Source: the human T2T-CHM13v2.0 reference genome, Homo sapiens
Reading direction: 5' to 3' (one strand)
DNA length: 64,000 bases
NCBI RefSeq assembly: GCF_009914755.1
Contig: NC_060945.1
The notes under the pieces were generated by a model. It was not told the DNA's origin. It saw only the letters and a list, made by a program, of their open reading frames with translations, and did no database searches. A program made the position numbers and the translations under genes. Of the stretch, positions 1-12,089 are shown piece by piece (within the stretch, counting starts at the first letter, position 1; each line of letters opens with the position of its first letter).

Positions 1-1519
1 TTTATGGGTCACTTAATCCAAGCCTCTTATTTTACAGATAAGGAGAGTGCAACCCAACATCACCTGGTCAGCAGACCAGGGCCGTTTCCTTTCACTTTCA
101 CTCCTATTTACTTGCAACCATTGCTTCAGTTTTCTACTATTCCTCATTCTCATATTCTGCAGTGGAAGCAGGGACAGGCAAGTCCTATCCTCCATGCACA
201 GTGATAAATAGGTGCAGATTTTTCTCCAGATCTCCATCATAGCTATAGTTAAAAGATATGTTAAATTCACAGCTCAGTCTCAAAGTTATTTGCACCAATA
301 ACTTAATATTTAAAATGAGAGTAACCATACAACAGAATTCCAGAAAGTACCTAAATTTTAAACTGAGCTGATTTTTTGATCTGGTTCTTTGAATCAAGAA
401 TTTATGTCACAGGGTCAGGCTGCTAGAAGCTGAGCTTTTGCAGCTTGGTTTTTAGTTTCTGAACTGGGAAAAAAAAATATTGCCTCCCCTCTTATTCCTT
501 TCCATCTTGTCTCTTTTAGTCACCTTTTTACAGGAATTTTGAATGACTCCTTCTATAAGCATTCTTCTAGGTGTAGAAAAAGAACAGTAAAGTGGCCTCC
601 TGTGTTCTAGAATCTGGAATCAAGCTGAGAAAATAAGATACGAATATGTGCAATGCACTTTCATAACAACACAAGGCAGAAAAATGAGTGATTCACACAC
701 AATACTATGGAGAGAGACCACTATGACTCAGAGAACTTGTGGAAGAGACAAGGCCAGAATGGAAGCTTGAAGAATGGATACAGTTTGAAAAAGTGGAAGG
801 AAAGGAAAAGGTGTAAATATAGCAGTGATTCCATGAACCCTGGCCTATTATGCAGCATAAACGGAACATGTTTAATTAAGTGTAGAGATTGAGGCTGGTT
901 AGGCCAGAGGGCAATTCTGGATATAGAGTAAGAGGAGGTAGGGCTGGATAGGTGACTGAGGCCAAATTGTAATGGGCCCTGAGTACCAGATGGAAGAATT
1001 TGGGCATAAACCATTAGACCAATGTTGTAAATATAAATATCTACAGGAATCAAATATATAACTAAATGAAGTTAATTAGATCAAGAAGGCAATGGGAATT
1101 CTACAGTGAGCTTAAAATCCAGCTCCACAGCTAAAGAGTAGCCATGGCTCTGAGCTCTCTCAGTTGAAGTCACCTGAGACTTTGGGTCCTGGATTGGAAA
1201 TTTCCCTCATGTTTTTCAAGGATATACAAATATACGGATTTTAATGTAAAATTTCCTGATTTTTAAAACGCCATATGGCCCCAAACAAGCTTTTCTTCTG
1301 AATAAATTCAGCTATAGAGGTACCATTTTACAGCCCCTGCTGTAAAAAATGGGGGACCTTTAAGGGCTGGGACTAAATTAGGCACACTTAAACCTTTGGT
1401 GTCTGGTCTTACACGTTTTTGTTTATTTATGATTCCCAAATATTACTCTCCAAAAATGTTTTATAAAGACAGAATCTATTTGGTCCTAAGTAGCAGCAAA
1501 GGCAGGAGTTGAATTAGAC

Positions 1520-2302
1520 AATATGCAGGCTATATTTTCCAAAGTTGGCCACAACCATGCCTCCCATTCCGTGTGTTTTTTTGCAAAGTGACTTTCCCAT
1601 TCCATCAAGAAATGGTGTCTAATTCTTCTCCTGTTGACTCTGGGGTGATCTTAGTGACTCACTTGTCACAGTAGAGTGCAGTGGAAGTAATATTTTGTGA
1701 CTTCCAAGGTTAGGTTAAAGAAGCCTTGTATAAGCCGGGGGCAGTGGAGGACCTATATCCCAGCTGCTTGGGACGCTGAGGCAGAGGAATGCTTGAGGCC
1801 AGGAGTTTCAGATCAGCTTGGGCAACAGAGTGAGGCCTTGTCTCAAAAAGCAAAAAAACAAAAAAACAATTACAAAACAAGAAACCTTGCAGCTTCTACC
1901 TTGGGTTCTTGGGATGTTCATTCCTTGATGCTTCTTCCTGTGATGTGTGAAGCTCCCTTGAATGTTGCACACACTTGAAACCCAACCCTGAGGCTGGGAG
2001 AAGATGGAGTGACGTGAAAAGGCCACATACATGTTCTGTAGTTGGCTGCCCGGCTGAGCCGGGCCTAACCTAGACTAGTTGTCAGACATGTAAGTGAAGG
2101 AGCCTCTGTATGACTCCAGCTACCAGATGTCGAAGTCCTCCCCAGTCATTCAAGTCTTCCCAAATGAAGCCTCAGACATCACATTGTGAACCAGTTCCCC
2201 AAATGAATTACTGATCTGCAAGTGTGTGAGCCTAATAAGATGTTCTTTTATACTACTAACTATTGGAATGGTTTGTTTGCCACAATAGATTATCAGAACA
2301 TG
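1520..2302 (+). mobile_element. MLT1-family MaLR LTR, interrupted by an Alu monomer
   Basis: MLT1-like motifs (ggccacaaccatgcctcccattcc; gtgacttccaaggttagg; 3' tggtttgtttgccacaatagattatcagaaca). Confidence 0.7.
1733..1875 (+). mobile_element. Alu monomer (FLAM/FAM-like)
   Basis: Single Alu arm with A-rich tail; flanked by aagaagccttgta / aagaaaccttgca (TSD-like). Confidence 0.8.
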
Positions 2303-3089
2303 CATGAACTACATGGTAGATTACCAACATCAATGTGCATAAAAATATGCCATCCAGCATAAAAATTGAGATTACAAGTGCCCTTCAAATACAGAGGCAG
2401 CAAGGGATGATGTAAAAAAGTTTTTATTTCTAATCAGCTTTTAGGTTATTCTAGCATAGATACTTCTGACCATATTAATTTTCAAATAGGCAACCATAAT
2501 CTCAGGAAGAACTCCTCTGAAGAACTGAAGGATCCTAAGATTCATTTGTATAAAACACTAGAAGTCTAAGTGGTCTCATCGTTGAATTCAGAAAGCCTTC
2601 CTCGGCTATATGAGGCATCACACCATGCAGTGGGTACCCTTTCCTCAGGGAGTTTATTCCCATCTTGTAAGCAAGCATTTAGAGGTATGAAGTAGGACTT
2701 CCCTCTGGTATTCCTCATGTAGTCTAGTTTGGCCAGAGTTAAATTACCTGCTCTTAGGAAACAAGTTTTTCTAAAATTAAATGTGTGTTTCCTGAAAATT
2801 AACCAGAATGGTGAATATATTTGTGAATTTATACCATCTTTTGCCATCTTAAAATTAAGCTACTTGGCATCAGACCAACAAAGAAAAATAATTAATAAGA
2901 TCTTGAAAAATTAAGCCAAAATATTTATATGCTTACATTGAAGAGGCTGGCCAAATGATATTGACTAGAATTCAGGAGAGAAATTAGGTTTCAAACCAAT
3001 GGTAATTCAAATGGTGGACTAGAGTAGAAGGCCTTAAGAACACCTCTTCTTTCCCACTGGGTTCCTCCTTTTATAATTAATCTCATTAA

Positions 3090-3437
<348 letters not shown>

Positions 3438-5339
3438 AAGAAGATTTATTTTTAAAGTAAGTTTGCAGCAGTATAGATGAAGTTAATGTTTCTCTTATTA
3501 CTAACATTGTTTTCTGACTTTGTCTGGTCCCTCACTTCCCTTACTAACATATGCCATTTTTCCCCAGCTTTTTCTTGTGGAATAGTCTGTCACAGTTACA
3601 CTGATTGATTGAAAAATTTCTGAATCTCCAAATATGTTTTGTTTCCTTTTTATTATTTTTTAAATGTTGATTTATTTTTATTCTTTGTACTTTCTGGTAT
3701 AAAATATGAAAACTCTGTTCTTGAAATTATCTTTAATTAAATCATAACTTAATCTTAGGTAAACTCCAATTCACAGATTCAAAAGTTTGTTCTTCTCAAT
3801 TCTTTTTTATAAACTCAAGTCAAAATAAATTTAAATATTTTAAAATGGACTTTAACTTACTAAAATAAATATTATAAATATTCTTCCTATCTATGATGCT
3901 GAAAATTTAACAATTAACCTGAATTATAGATTAATTTCTCCTCACACCTAAGCTATGCCAATTTTTTAGTTGTAAAGTCCTAAGCATTCAATTTATTCTA
4001 CATTATTTTACAGATGTAGTCTCTTTTAATAGAACAGATGTAGGCTTAGATAAAAATCTCCTTAGAAGAAGGAAATGGACTAGATAAACTAAAAATATTT
4101 TGCATCTGGAACTCAGCTTATTCTGATAAATTTGGTCTTAACCTATATAGTACAGTCATGTTGTTGAGCTATGGATTAATACATCAGACAGAAATCTTAG
4201 CTAAATATAGCCTATGGAATTTTTTCATCAGGTCCCAATACTCTTTAGGGCTGAAATGCTATTAATATAATGTGTTAATGTAGAAATATCATTTTGAAAT
4301 TGAAATTGAGGAAAATTACTTTTTTTGGCCTTGAATTTTATAAGATTGCTTAGGAGTTAATGTCACTCCTACAGTTTATTTCCCTATATATTTTCTTCTA
4401 TTTTATTGAAGCCATCTTTACAATTTCATTAGTATCTAATAAAATCATGTGGGTTGTGGATGACAGCAATGATGTACTTTCCTATCTTTATCTCACTGAA
4501 CTCCACAGACTGCCTATCCTCAGGCACAGGAAACTACTCTTAAGTAGTTATGCAATTAACAGCTAAAAAGGAGTGTTTAAAATGAGAAAGAAATATTTTA
4601 GGTTGATACATAGGTCACTAATTACTTAGAAATACTCTGAGCCTTCCAAATGAAACCACTATACCCATAAAATTTGAGCCTACAACTTGTGGTCTTGAAT
4701 TTCTCCCTTCAATTTATAATGTTACAGACAGCCTTGGTCTCTGGCCATCAACTCTTCCTAGCATGGCATTAATTTCTAGGAAATGTCCAGTGACTCAACT
4801 GCTACTACTGAAATGTCTGCTGAGGTTCTTGGACACACACATGCACACGCACTCGCTGAACATGCATGGTCACTCAAGACCCTGAGAAATATCAAAGCTG
4901 GGAAAAATTCTGTAAAGCCTTTCTTTCTTCCTTCTCTGACAAAGCAACCAGAAGTAACTCATCTAAGGTCAGGATTCTTTGCTGCTTTTTCAGTGTAGCT
5001 ATAATAGAATTCCGTGCCTATTATTCCCAAATTAACAAAACAAAACAAAAACATACATAAGAGAAAGGTAGTTTTAGGAAATAGAATGCTTGAAGAAATT
5101 TATGGAAAAATTTACATCTAAAATAATCTGTAACACCATTATACCTTCTTTATCCATAGATCAACATACAATAATCTAAAATACAACATGTGCTTATAGA
5201 AGGATTAATAGATAAATGGAATGGCGGATGAATAGAGAAACTGATAGACAAATGTTTGATTAACTGACTGAAGGTGTGGATGCATATAGCTGGCATCCAT
5301 GTGGTAAAGACAGAGTCCAATCCAAACATGATAGAGAGG

Positions 5340-6098
5340 GAAGTGGAGCAAAGTGGCTGAATAGAACCCTCAGTAATCATCCCTCTCACAGGAATACCAA
5401 CTTGAATGGCTATTCACACAAGAGAGCACCTCCATAAGTAACTAAAAATGAGGTGAGTGATCACAATACCTGGTTCTAACATCATATCCTTGAAAGAGCC
5501 ACTAAAAAAAGTAGGAAAGGTGGTTTTGGATTGCTGACTCCACCCTCCTCCTCTATCTCCTGGTAGCATCCTCATGGTGCTGAGAGAGAATATTTGTGCT
5601 TGGGGAAGGGAGAGCAAAGTTATTGTGGGACTTTGCATTGACCTCAGTGCTGTTTCTCACAGTGGAAAGCAACACAGGGCAAAATTCAGCTGTCCACTAC
5701 AGGGGGAGCATATAGACTTGCCCCCACATTCTGACTAGCCCCTCCACAGTGGGCTGAAGCACTTTGGGGTCCTAAGTAAACTTGAAAGGCAGTCCAGACA
5801 ACAGGGCCTGAAATTCCTGGGCAATTCCTGGTGCTGTGCTGGGCTCAAAGCCAGTGGAACTGAGGTGCACATGATCTAGTAAGATATCAGCAGGAGTGGC
5901 CAAAGGGATGCTTTCATCACCCCTTTCCCAATCCCAGGCAGCACAGCTTGCAGCCTCGGGAGAGACTCCTTCCTTCTGCATAAGGAGAGGACACAGGAGA
6001 GTGAAAGGACTTTGTCTTGCAGCCACAGTAGAATAGGGCACTAGGCAAACTCCTAAGGTTCCCAATCCATTCTTCACTCCCAGGTGAAATTTCTAGAC
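5340..6098 (+). mobile_element. Isolated 5'UTR fragment of an old L1 (L1MA/L1PB type)
   Basis: Collinear with 40907-41720 in this window (shared tacctggttYtaacatca; agtaaacttgaaaggcagtc). Confidence 0.75.
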
Positions 6099-6779
6099 TC
6101 TTGAATCATCAATAGCTAAAATAATCAATTTTTTTCTCATTCCAATAACACTTGGGGGTGAATACCAAGCAGATCAACTTTTGATACGGTTTTTCATCTT
6201 TGTAAACTCTTAAGACTTTCTGTTTTATTACTTGCCTTCCCAAAGTTAAGTACTTTTAATTATGAAATTACATACTATTAATATGTTATTCTATACCTGA
6301 CTCCTAATTTGCTCTCCTGGAAATTTTTACATTATAAAATGACTCCATTTTATATTCATAATCAAGGTTATTTCTCTTAAATTTTTTAAGAAGACTTAAA
6401 CATAACTATTAACATATCAATGTTATCTTTAGAGAGTTTTCTCGTGCTCTAATTTTTAATATATTTTCAAATTTTTTGTACATTAAAACTTTCAGTTTTC
6501 TTTTCAATTGCTTATTTGCTTCAGCAGGCAACTTAACCAGATTCCACTTCCTTTCTGTACATGTGTCTATGTGATATATATACACATATATATATGTATA
6601 CATGTATATATTAATAGTTTATAATAATGCATATTCTATTCTATCTTATTTGGTTTTCCTTTTTAAGTAGACCATAATGGTCTGCTTATTTTCATGGTGG
6701 AAGATGTGAATTTTTCTTACCTGCCCTTTAAACTACTTTGGGAAAATGCAAAGTCAGCTGAACTAAATTTAGCAATTAC

Positions 6780-6866
6780 CTTTTAGCTGACAGGGCCTTC
6801 TGATGTGGGAATCATTCTTATGCTTGCTGTGTTCCTGCCAGATTTTGTCATTCACAGTTTTTCCTT
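6780..6866 (-). CDS. SAMSN1: Coding exon 5 (GKTVNDKIWQEHSKHKNDSHIRRPCQLK)
   Basis: Branch-like ctaac followed by ctgcttcactttag|AAG (NAGNAG acceptor); donor AAG|gtaatt; 87 nt, phase 1/1. Resembles the recalled SASH1 segment [25 protein letters not shown]. Confidence 0.8.
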
Positions 6867-7005
6867 CTAAAGTGAAGCAGATAATTGGTTAGCAGAATTC
6901 ATAGTAACATTTGTCCAGTAAGTATAAGACATTTGAAATCAAAACAAGTTCAGCACAGGATTTGCAACTTGGTAAGTGGTATCTTAAGAGAGCTCTAGTT
7001 CTAGG

Positions 7006-8054
7006 TGATGCAGGAAGTCAGGGACCCCGAACGGAGGGACCGGCTGAAGCCATGGCAGAAGAACATAAATTGTGAAGATTTCATGGACATTTATTAGTTC
7101 CCCAAATTAATACTTTTATAATTTCTTACACCTGGCCTGTCTTTACTGCAATCTCTGAACATAAATTGTGAAGATTTCATAGACACTTATCACTTCCCCA
7201 ATCAATATTCTTGTGATTTCCTATGCCTGTCTTTACTTTAATCTCTTAATCCTGTCATCTTCATAAGGTGAGGATGTATGTCGCCTCAGAACCCTGTGAT
7301 GATTGTGTTAACTGCACAAATTGTTTGTAGAGCATGTGTGTTTGAACAATATCAAATCTGGGCACCTTAAGAACAGGATAACAGCAATTTTCTGGGAACA
7401 AGGGAGATAACCTTAAAGTCTGGCTGCCTGTGGGCCGGGCATGATGGAGCCATATTTCTCTTATTACCAAAAATGGATAAGAGAAATATCGCTGAATTCT
7501 TTCCCCAGTAAGGAATATTAATAATTAACAGCCCTGGGAAAAGAACGCATTCCCAGGGCGGGGCCTCTAAAATGGCCACCCTAGGAGTGTCTGCCTTATG
7601 TAGCTATGGATAGGGATGAAACATGCCCTAGTCTCCTGCAGTGCCCCCAGGCTTGCTAGGATTAGGAAATTCCAGCCTGGTGAATTCTAGTCAGACTGGT
7701 TCTCTGCTCTTGAACCGTGACAATGCATGCACATCAGGACATGGAAGTTCATTAGTGATTCTAGTTTCACCCTTAACTTCTGCCTTGTGATCTTTTGTCG
7801 CCCTTGAAGCATGTGATCTCTGTGACCCACACCCTATTCGTGCACTCCCTCCTCTTTGAAAATTGCTAATAAAAACCTGCTGGGTTTGTGGCTCGGGGGC
7901 ATCACAGAACCTGCTGACGTGTGATGTCTCCCACAGATACCCAGCTTTAAAATTTCTCTCTTGTGTACTCTTTCCCTTTATTTGTCAGACTGGCTGACAC
8001 TTAGACAAATAGAAAATAACACACGTTGAATTATCGGTGGCGGGTTCCCCCATA
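7006..8054 (+). mobile_element. MER11 solo LTR (HERV-K11/HML8)
   Basis: Begins tgatgcaggaagtcagggaccccgaacggagggaccggctgaagccatgg and ends gggttcccccata; internal repeat gaacataaattgtgaagatttcat; aataaa near 7868. Confidence 0.88.
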
Positions 8055-8235
8055 TCAGGGAGTTCTAGTCCTTCATGGACAACAACAGGTATCCTGTGGG
8101 CTACCCACTTATTCCCATGAACTACATAGGCACTTCACCATATATGATAGAATGCTGTTACTTTAACGTCTCTTGATAGCTTATGATTGCATTATTCTTT
8201 GTAGTTTTCTTGAATTCATAACCAATTATTATTAC

Positions 8236-8418
8236 TTTTCTGAGACAGCGTCTTACTCTGTTGCCCAGGTTGGAGTACAGTGGTGTGATCATAGCTCATT
8301 GTGGCCTCAAATTCCTGGGCCATAGCTATCCTCCTGCCTCAATTTCCCAAGTAGCTGAAACTACAGTCATGTGCCACCAGGATAGGCACATTTTTTTTTT
8401 TTTGTAGAGACAGGGTCA
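8236..8418 (-). mobile_element. Old partial Alu (AluJ/FRAM-like)
   Basis: Diverged Alu right arm plus a short piece of left arm. Confidence 0.75.
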
Positions 8419-9250
8419 TAGTCAATTGTTTTTATGCATCCTGAAAAGGTTAAACTATCCTTACCCTCTAGATTCTCCATCATTTCTAACAAACTAATTG
8501 TGTAGAAAGAACATTGGGCTGTGATAGTTTCAAGAAACTCTAAGATCCTTGAATGGAATATAAATGATTTGCTCAGCTTTGTCCTCCCAACATCTAAAGC
8601 AGGGCCTGGACATGTGAAGAAATGAATTGCACCAAATGGAAAATTGGAGTCCCTTCTAAATTACTTACTACAGATAAATCATTCTACATGTTGTATCATG
8701 CATTGATAACACAAATGTTGAATAATGCAACCTATGCATAGCATGAAGACAAACTCAGCATGCTGTGTTGTTTCTAAAGTCACTATTTGCTCATATGTTT
8801 TGATTATAGAAAAGGCAGTTGATCATCAAGAACTGTGTTAGGATAGAAATATTGGTTGTACTGTATGTGCATGCAGAATAGACTGAGAATGGATCTAGAT
8901 GAAAAATAAAATGTTGCCTTGCTTCCTTTTATTTAAGACTGTGCACTATTCAAATTAGGGCTGATATTCAAAATATTTAACAACGAGTGACTGCAGGACC
9001 CTGATAGGATCCAGCGCCTATAGATGCTACTGCTGGGAGAATTGAAACCTGATTAAAACGCAGATATCCTTCAAAGTTGTACCCATTGTGGGGTATCACT
9101 TTAGTCAGAATGAGCTTTTCAGATCTTACCAGGAAATTGGTTTTTAAAAAAGAAGGAAATGAGTATGAGCACCTGACTCCTCTGCTGGGGAGAAGGAAAG
9201 GGAAAAGGGTACCCATAAGTTTGGCACACTACATTAAAAAAAATTATTGA

Positions 9251-9550
<300 letters not shown>

Positions 9551-10173
9551 AATTATTGACTGGATGATCCAGATGTTTCACATTGTGAATGTTTTATAAT
9601 TACTGACTCCCTATTTGCTGTAAAGTAAAAAGAGAGATAATCTATTAATTTTCTAAAAATAATGAATAGAAATCGATTTTTACTTTAGAATTAAGGTACA
9701 AACCAAACTGATTGCATGTATTATTACTATGAATGCTATCACAGAAACTAAAGAGAAGATTTGGTGTGTGAAATGTTGTAGAAGAGACTTTTATAATGAA
9801 ACCACTTTCTGCTAATTTTTTATTGTCTCCTAGATTCACAGATCTAAAATGATCTCTAACAAGTCACCTTGACCACGGAGCAGCCAAGCTACACATGGAG
9901 AGCTGGAAGATGAGCAGCCAATGAACTACCAAAGAGGATTATTCTGTTTAAATATAAAAGGAAAATATTGCAAATAAATCAATGATTTCTTTGTCATAGC
10001 CATTTAAAGTTAGAATGAAGCCACTTTTAAAAAATGTTCTTCTATATAATTCAAAGACAACTCAATTTGACTTTCATTAATCAGTTTTGTTGCTTTGTGG
10101 CAGGAGCAGGAGAAAAGAACTTGTGGGGAGACAGAATACATCGTTTACACTTGTAACCTTAGGAATCACTAAC

Positions 10174-10211
10174 CAAATATTTTATTTTCAGACATAAATC
10201 TCCGGAATAAC
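10174..10211 (-). CDS. SAMSN1: Coding exon 4 ((K)LFRRFMSENKIF(E))
   Basis: Acceptor ctttttcttttattcttccag|G and donor G|gttagt; 38 nt, phase 2/1, bridges exons 3 and 5 in frame. Confidence 0.75.
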
Positions 10212-10299
10212 CTGGAAGAATAAAAGAAAAAGATATTTAAGTCTAGATTTAATAAATAACATTTTAATCAAACAGAAATTAGAATATGTGCAACACTTT

Positions 10300-11715
10300 G
10301 GGAACAGAAATAAATTCTACCTCTAACCGAGGTCTACCTATGGTCTTGAATTTTCCTAACCCTAGGTGGCAAATTACAGTAAATACAAGTACAATTTGGG
10401 TCTGTAAATTTCTATGCAATATGGAGAAACTGATATTCATAAGACCTGAAAAAAATAGTAAGTCTTTTTACGTGAAGGTATCTCAGGATAACCAAATAGT
10501 TACTAGGGGGGAAGTGCTTTTGCAAATAAATATGTTAATAAATACAGAAAGAATGATGTAAATTGTATATAACCATTATGCAATCTCTAATAAAATAAAA
10601 GATCTGGAAAATAATCACCAATTATTGATAAAGCCTAATTGAAAGGCTGATGGGCAACTTTATGCCAGTGGATCCATGTGATACCATCTGAGCCCACTGA
10701 GCAATATCACTGTCAAAAAAATATGATCATGCTAATCAATTCATGTGTGTGGGTGAACACACACATATCTCATAACTAACATTGTTATAGCTTAAGTGTT
10801 TTCTACTATTGATATTCTTTATTGTCATTAAATTAAAACTGAGTTTACCATTTTTTCAAACTCAAAATTGTGAGCAAAAACATGCATAGATAAGGTTTCC
10901 TTTTTGTTAATTTTTTGTTTCCTTTTCATTTTTTAATGCAAAATGGTTAGGACATCTCTTGGCACATAGCAAGCATTCCAAACAAATAAAGCTATTTATA
11001 ATATTGTAAAGTGAGGTAAGTGAATAACAATGAGAGTAGACGTAAAGCTTACAATACAACAAAACAGAAAGTATGCAGTCACTGAAGACCAACTTTTAAA
11101 TATATATATAAATATACATATTTGAACCTTTTCATACTTTATATATATTTGAATCTTATCACACTTTGAGATTTAACTAAAAGTTTACAGGAAACATACA
11201 GTAGAGAAAAACATGCTTAAAAAAACACAAGGATTCAATCAGCAAAATTCAAAAATCTGGGAAATTCTTCAGGACACAGACTCCAGTTTCTTCAACAAAT
11301 AAATGAAAAGACATAAATTAAGAGACCTGAACTGAATCCAGCTGAGCTTTTTGGATCCTGATTTAAATAAACCAACTCTGAAAAAGCATTTGAGTCTGTC
11401 AGAAATATTGTAATAGTGACTGTATATTTGGCAATTTAATGTCATTTGTCTTGTTTTGTTCTAGTGCAGTAATGGTATTGTGATTATGCTTTTTAAAAAA
11501 TAATTCTTATTTTTTAATAACATACACTGAAGCATGAAATTATGTGTCTGGCATCTGCTTTATTAATACAAAAACAGTGGGGATGCAGTTGAGGTAGTAG
11601 AATGGGTAGAAATAAAATTGACTATAGGTTGATCCTTGTTTAAGTTTGGTGATATGAGTTTATCATTAACTCTTCCCCTATGTATGATTGAAAATTTCCA
11701 TAACAAAATGTTTTG
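10300..11715 (+). mobile_element. Old L1MC/L1ME 3' region, interrupted by a duplicated segment at 10730-11034
   Basis: L1MC-like motifs on both sides of the insertion (ccatctgagcccactga; agtttacaggaaacatacag; aatggtattgtgattatg; gaaaatttccataacaaaatg). Confidence 0.6.
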
Positions 11716-12089
11716 AAACAGAAGCAGAGGATAGGACTATGCTGACTTGACTGCTAATCAATTCATGTGTGTGGGTAAACACACATATCTCATCACTAAC
11801 TGTTACAGCTTAAGTGTTTCCCACATTCATATTCTTGATAGTCATGTGCTCGCTTCGGCAGCACAGATACATATTCTTGATAGTAATTAAATTAAAACGA
11901 AGGTGACCCTTTTTAAGCTCAAAATTGTAAGCAAAAACATGCATATATAAGGTTTCCTTTTTCTTAATCTTTTGTTTTTAATTTTTAATGCAAAATGCTT
12001 AGGACATCTCTTGGCATATAGCAAGAATTCCAAACAAATAAAGCTGTTTATAATACTGTAAAGTGATGTAGGTGTATAATAACATGAGA
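10730..12089 (+). repeat. Direct duplication: copy 1 10730-11034, copy 2 11752-12089
   Basis: Both copies start tgctaatcaattcatgtgtgtgggt and stay alignable through ttaggacatctcttggca ... ttccaaacaaataaagct to ataaca(a)tgaga. Confidence 0.92.
11846..11870 (+). pseudogene. 3'-truncated U6 snRNA retrocopy (U6 nt 1-25)
   Basis: gtgctcgcttcggcagcacagatac matches U6 GTGCTCGCTTCGGCAGCACATATAC at 24/25; flanked by catattcttgatagtcat (11828-11845) and catattcttgatagtaat (11870-11887). Confidence 0.92.

Noticed and set aside
351-463. Exon-like segment on minus (ttttttcccag| ... TAG|gtactt)
   Set aside because: Stops in all three frames and a weak donor; not supportable as coding.
2490-2569. Plus-strand short frame HNLRKNSSEELKDPKIHLYKTLEV after an AG
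   Set aside because: No supportable upstream exon or recognisable homology; consistent with chance.
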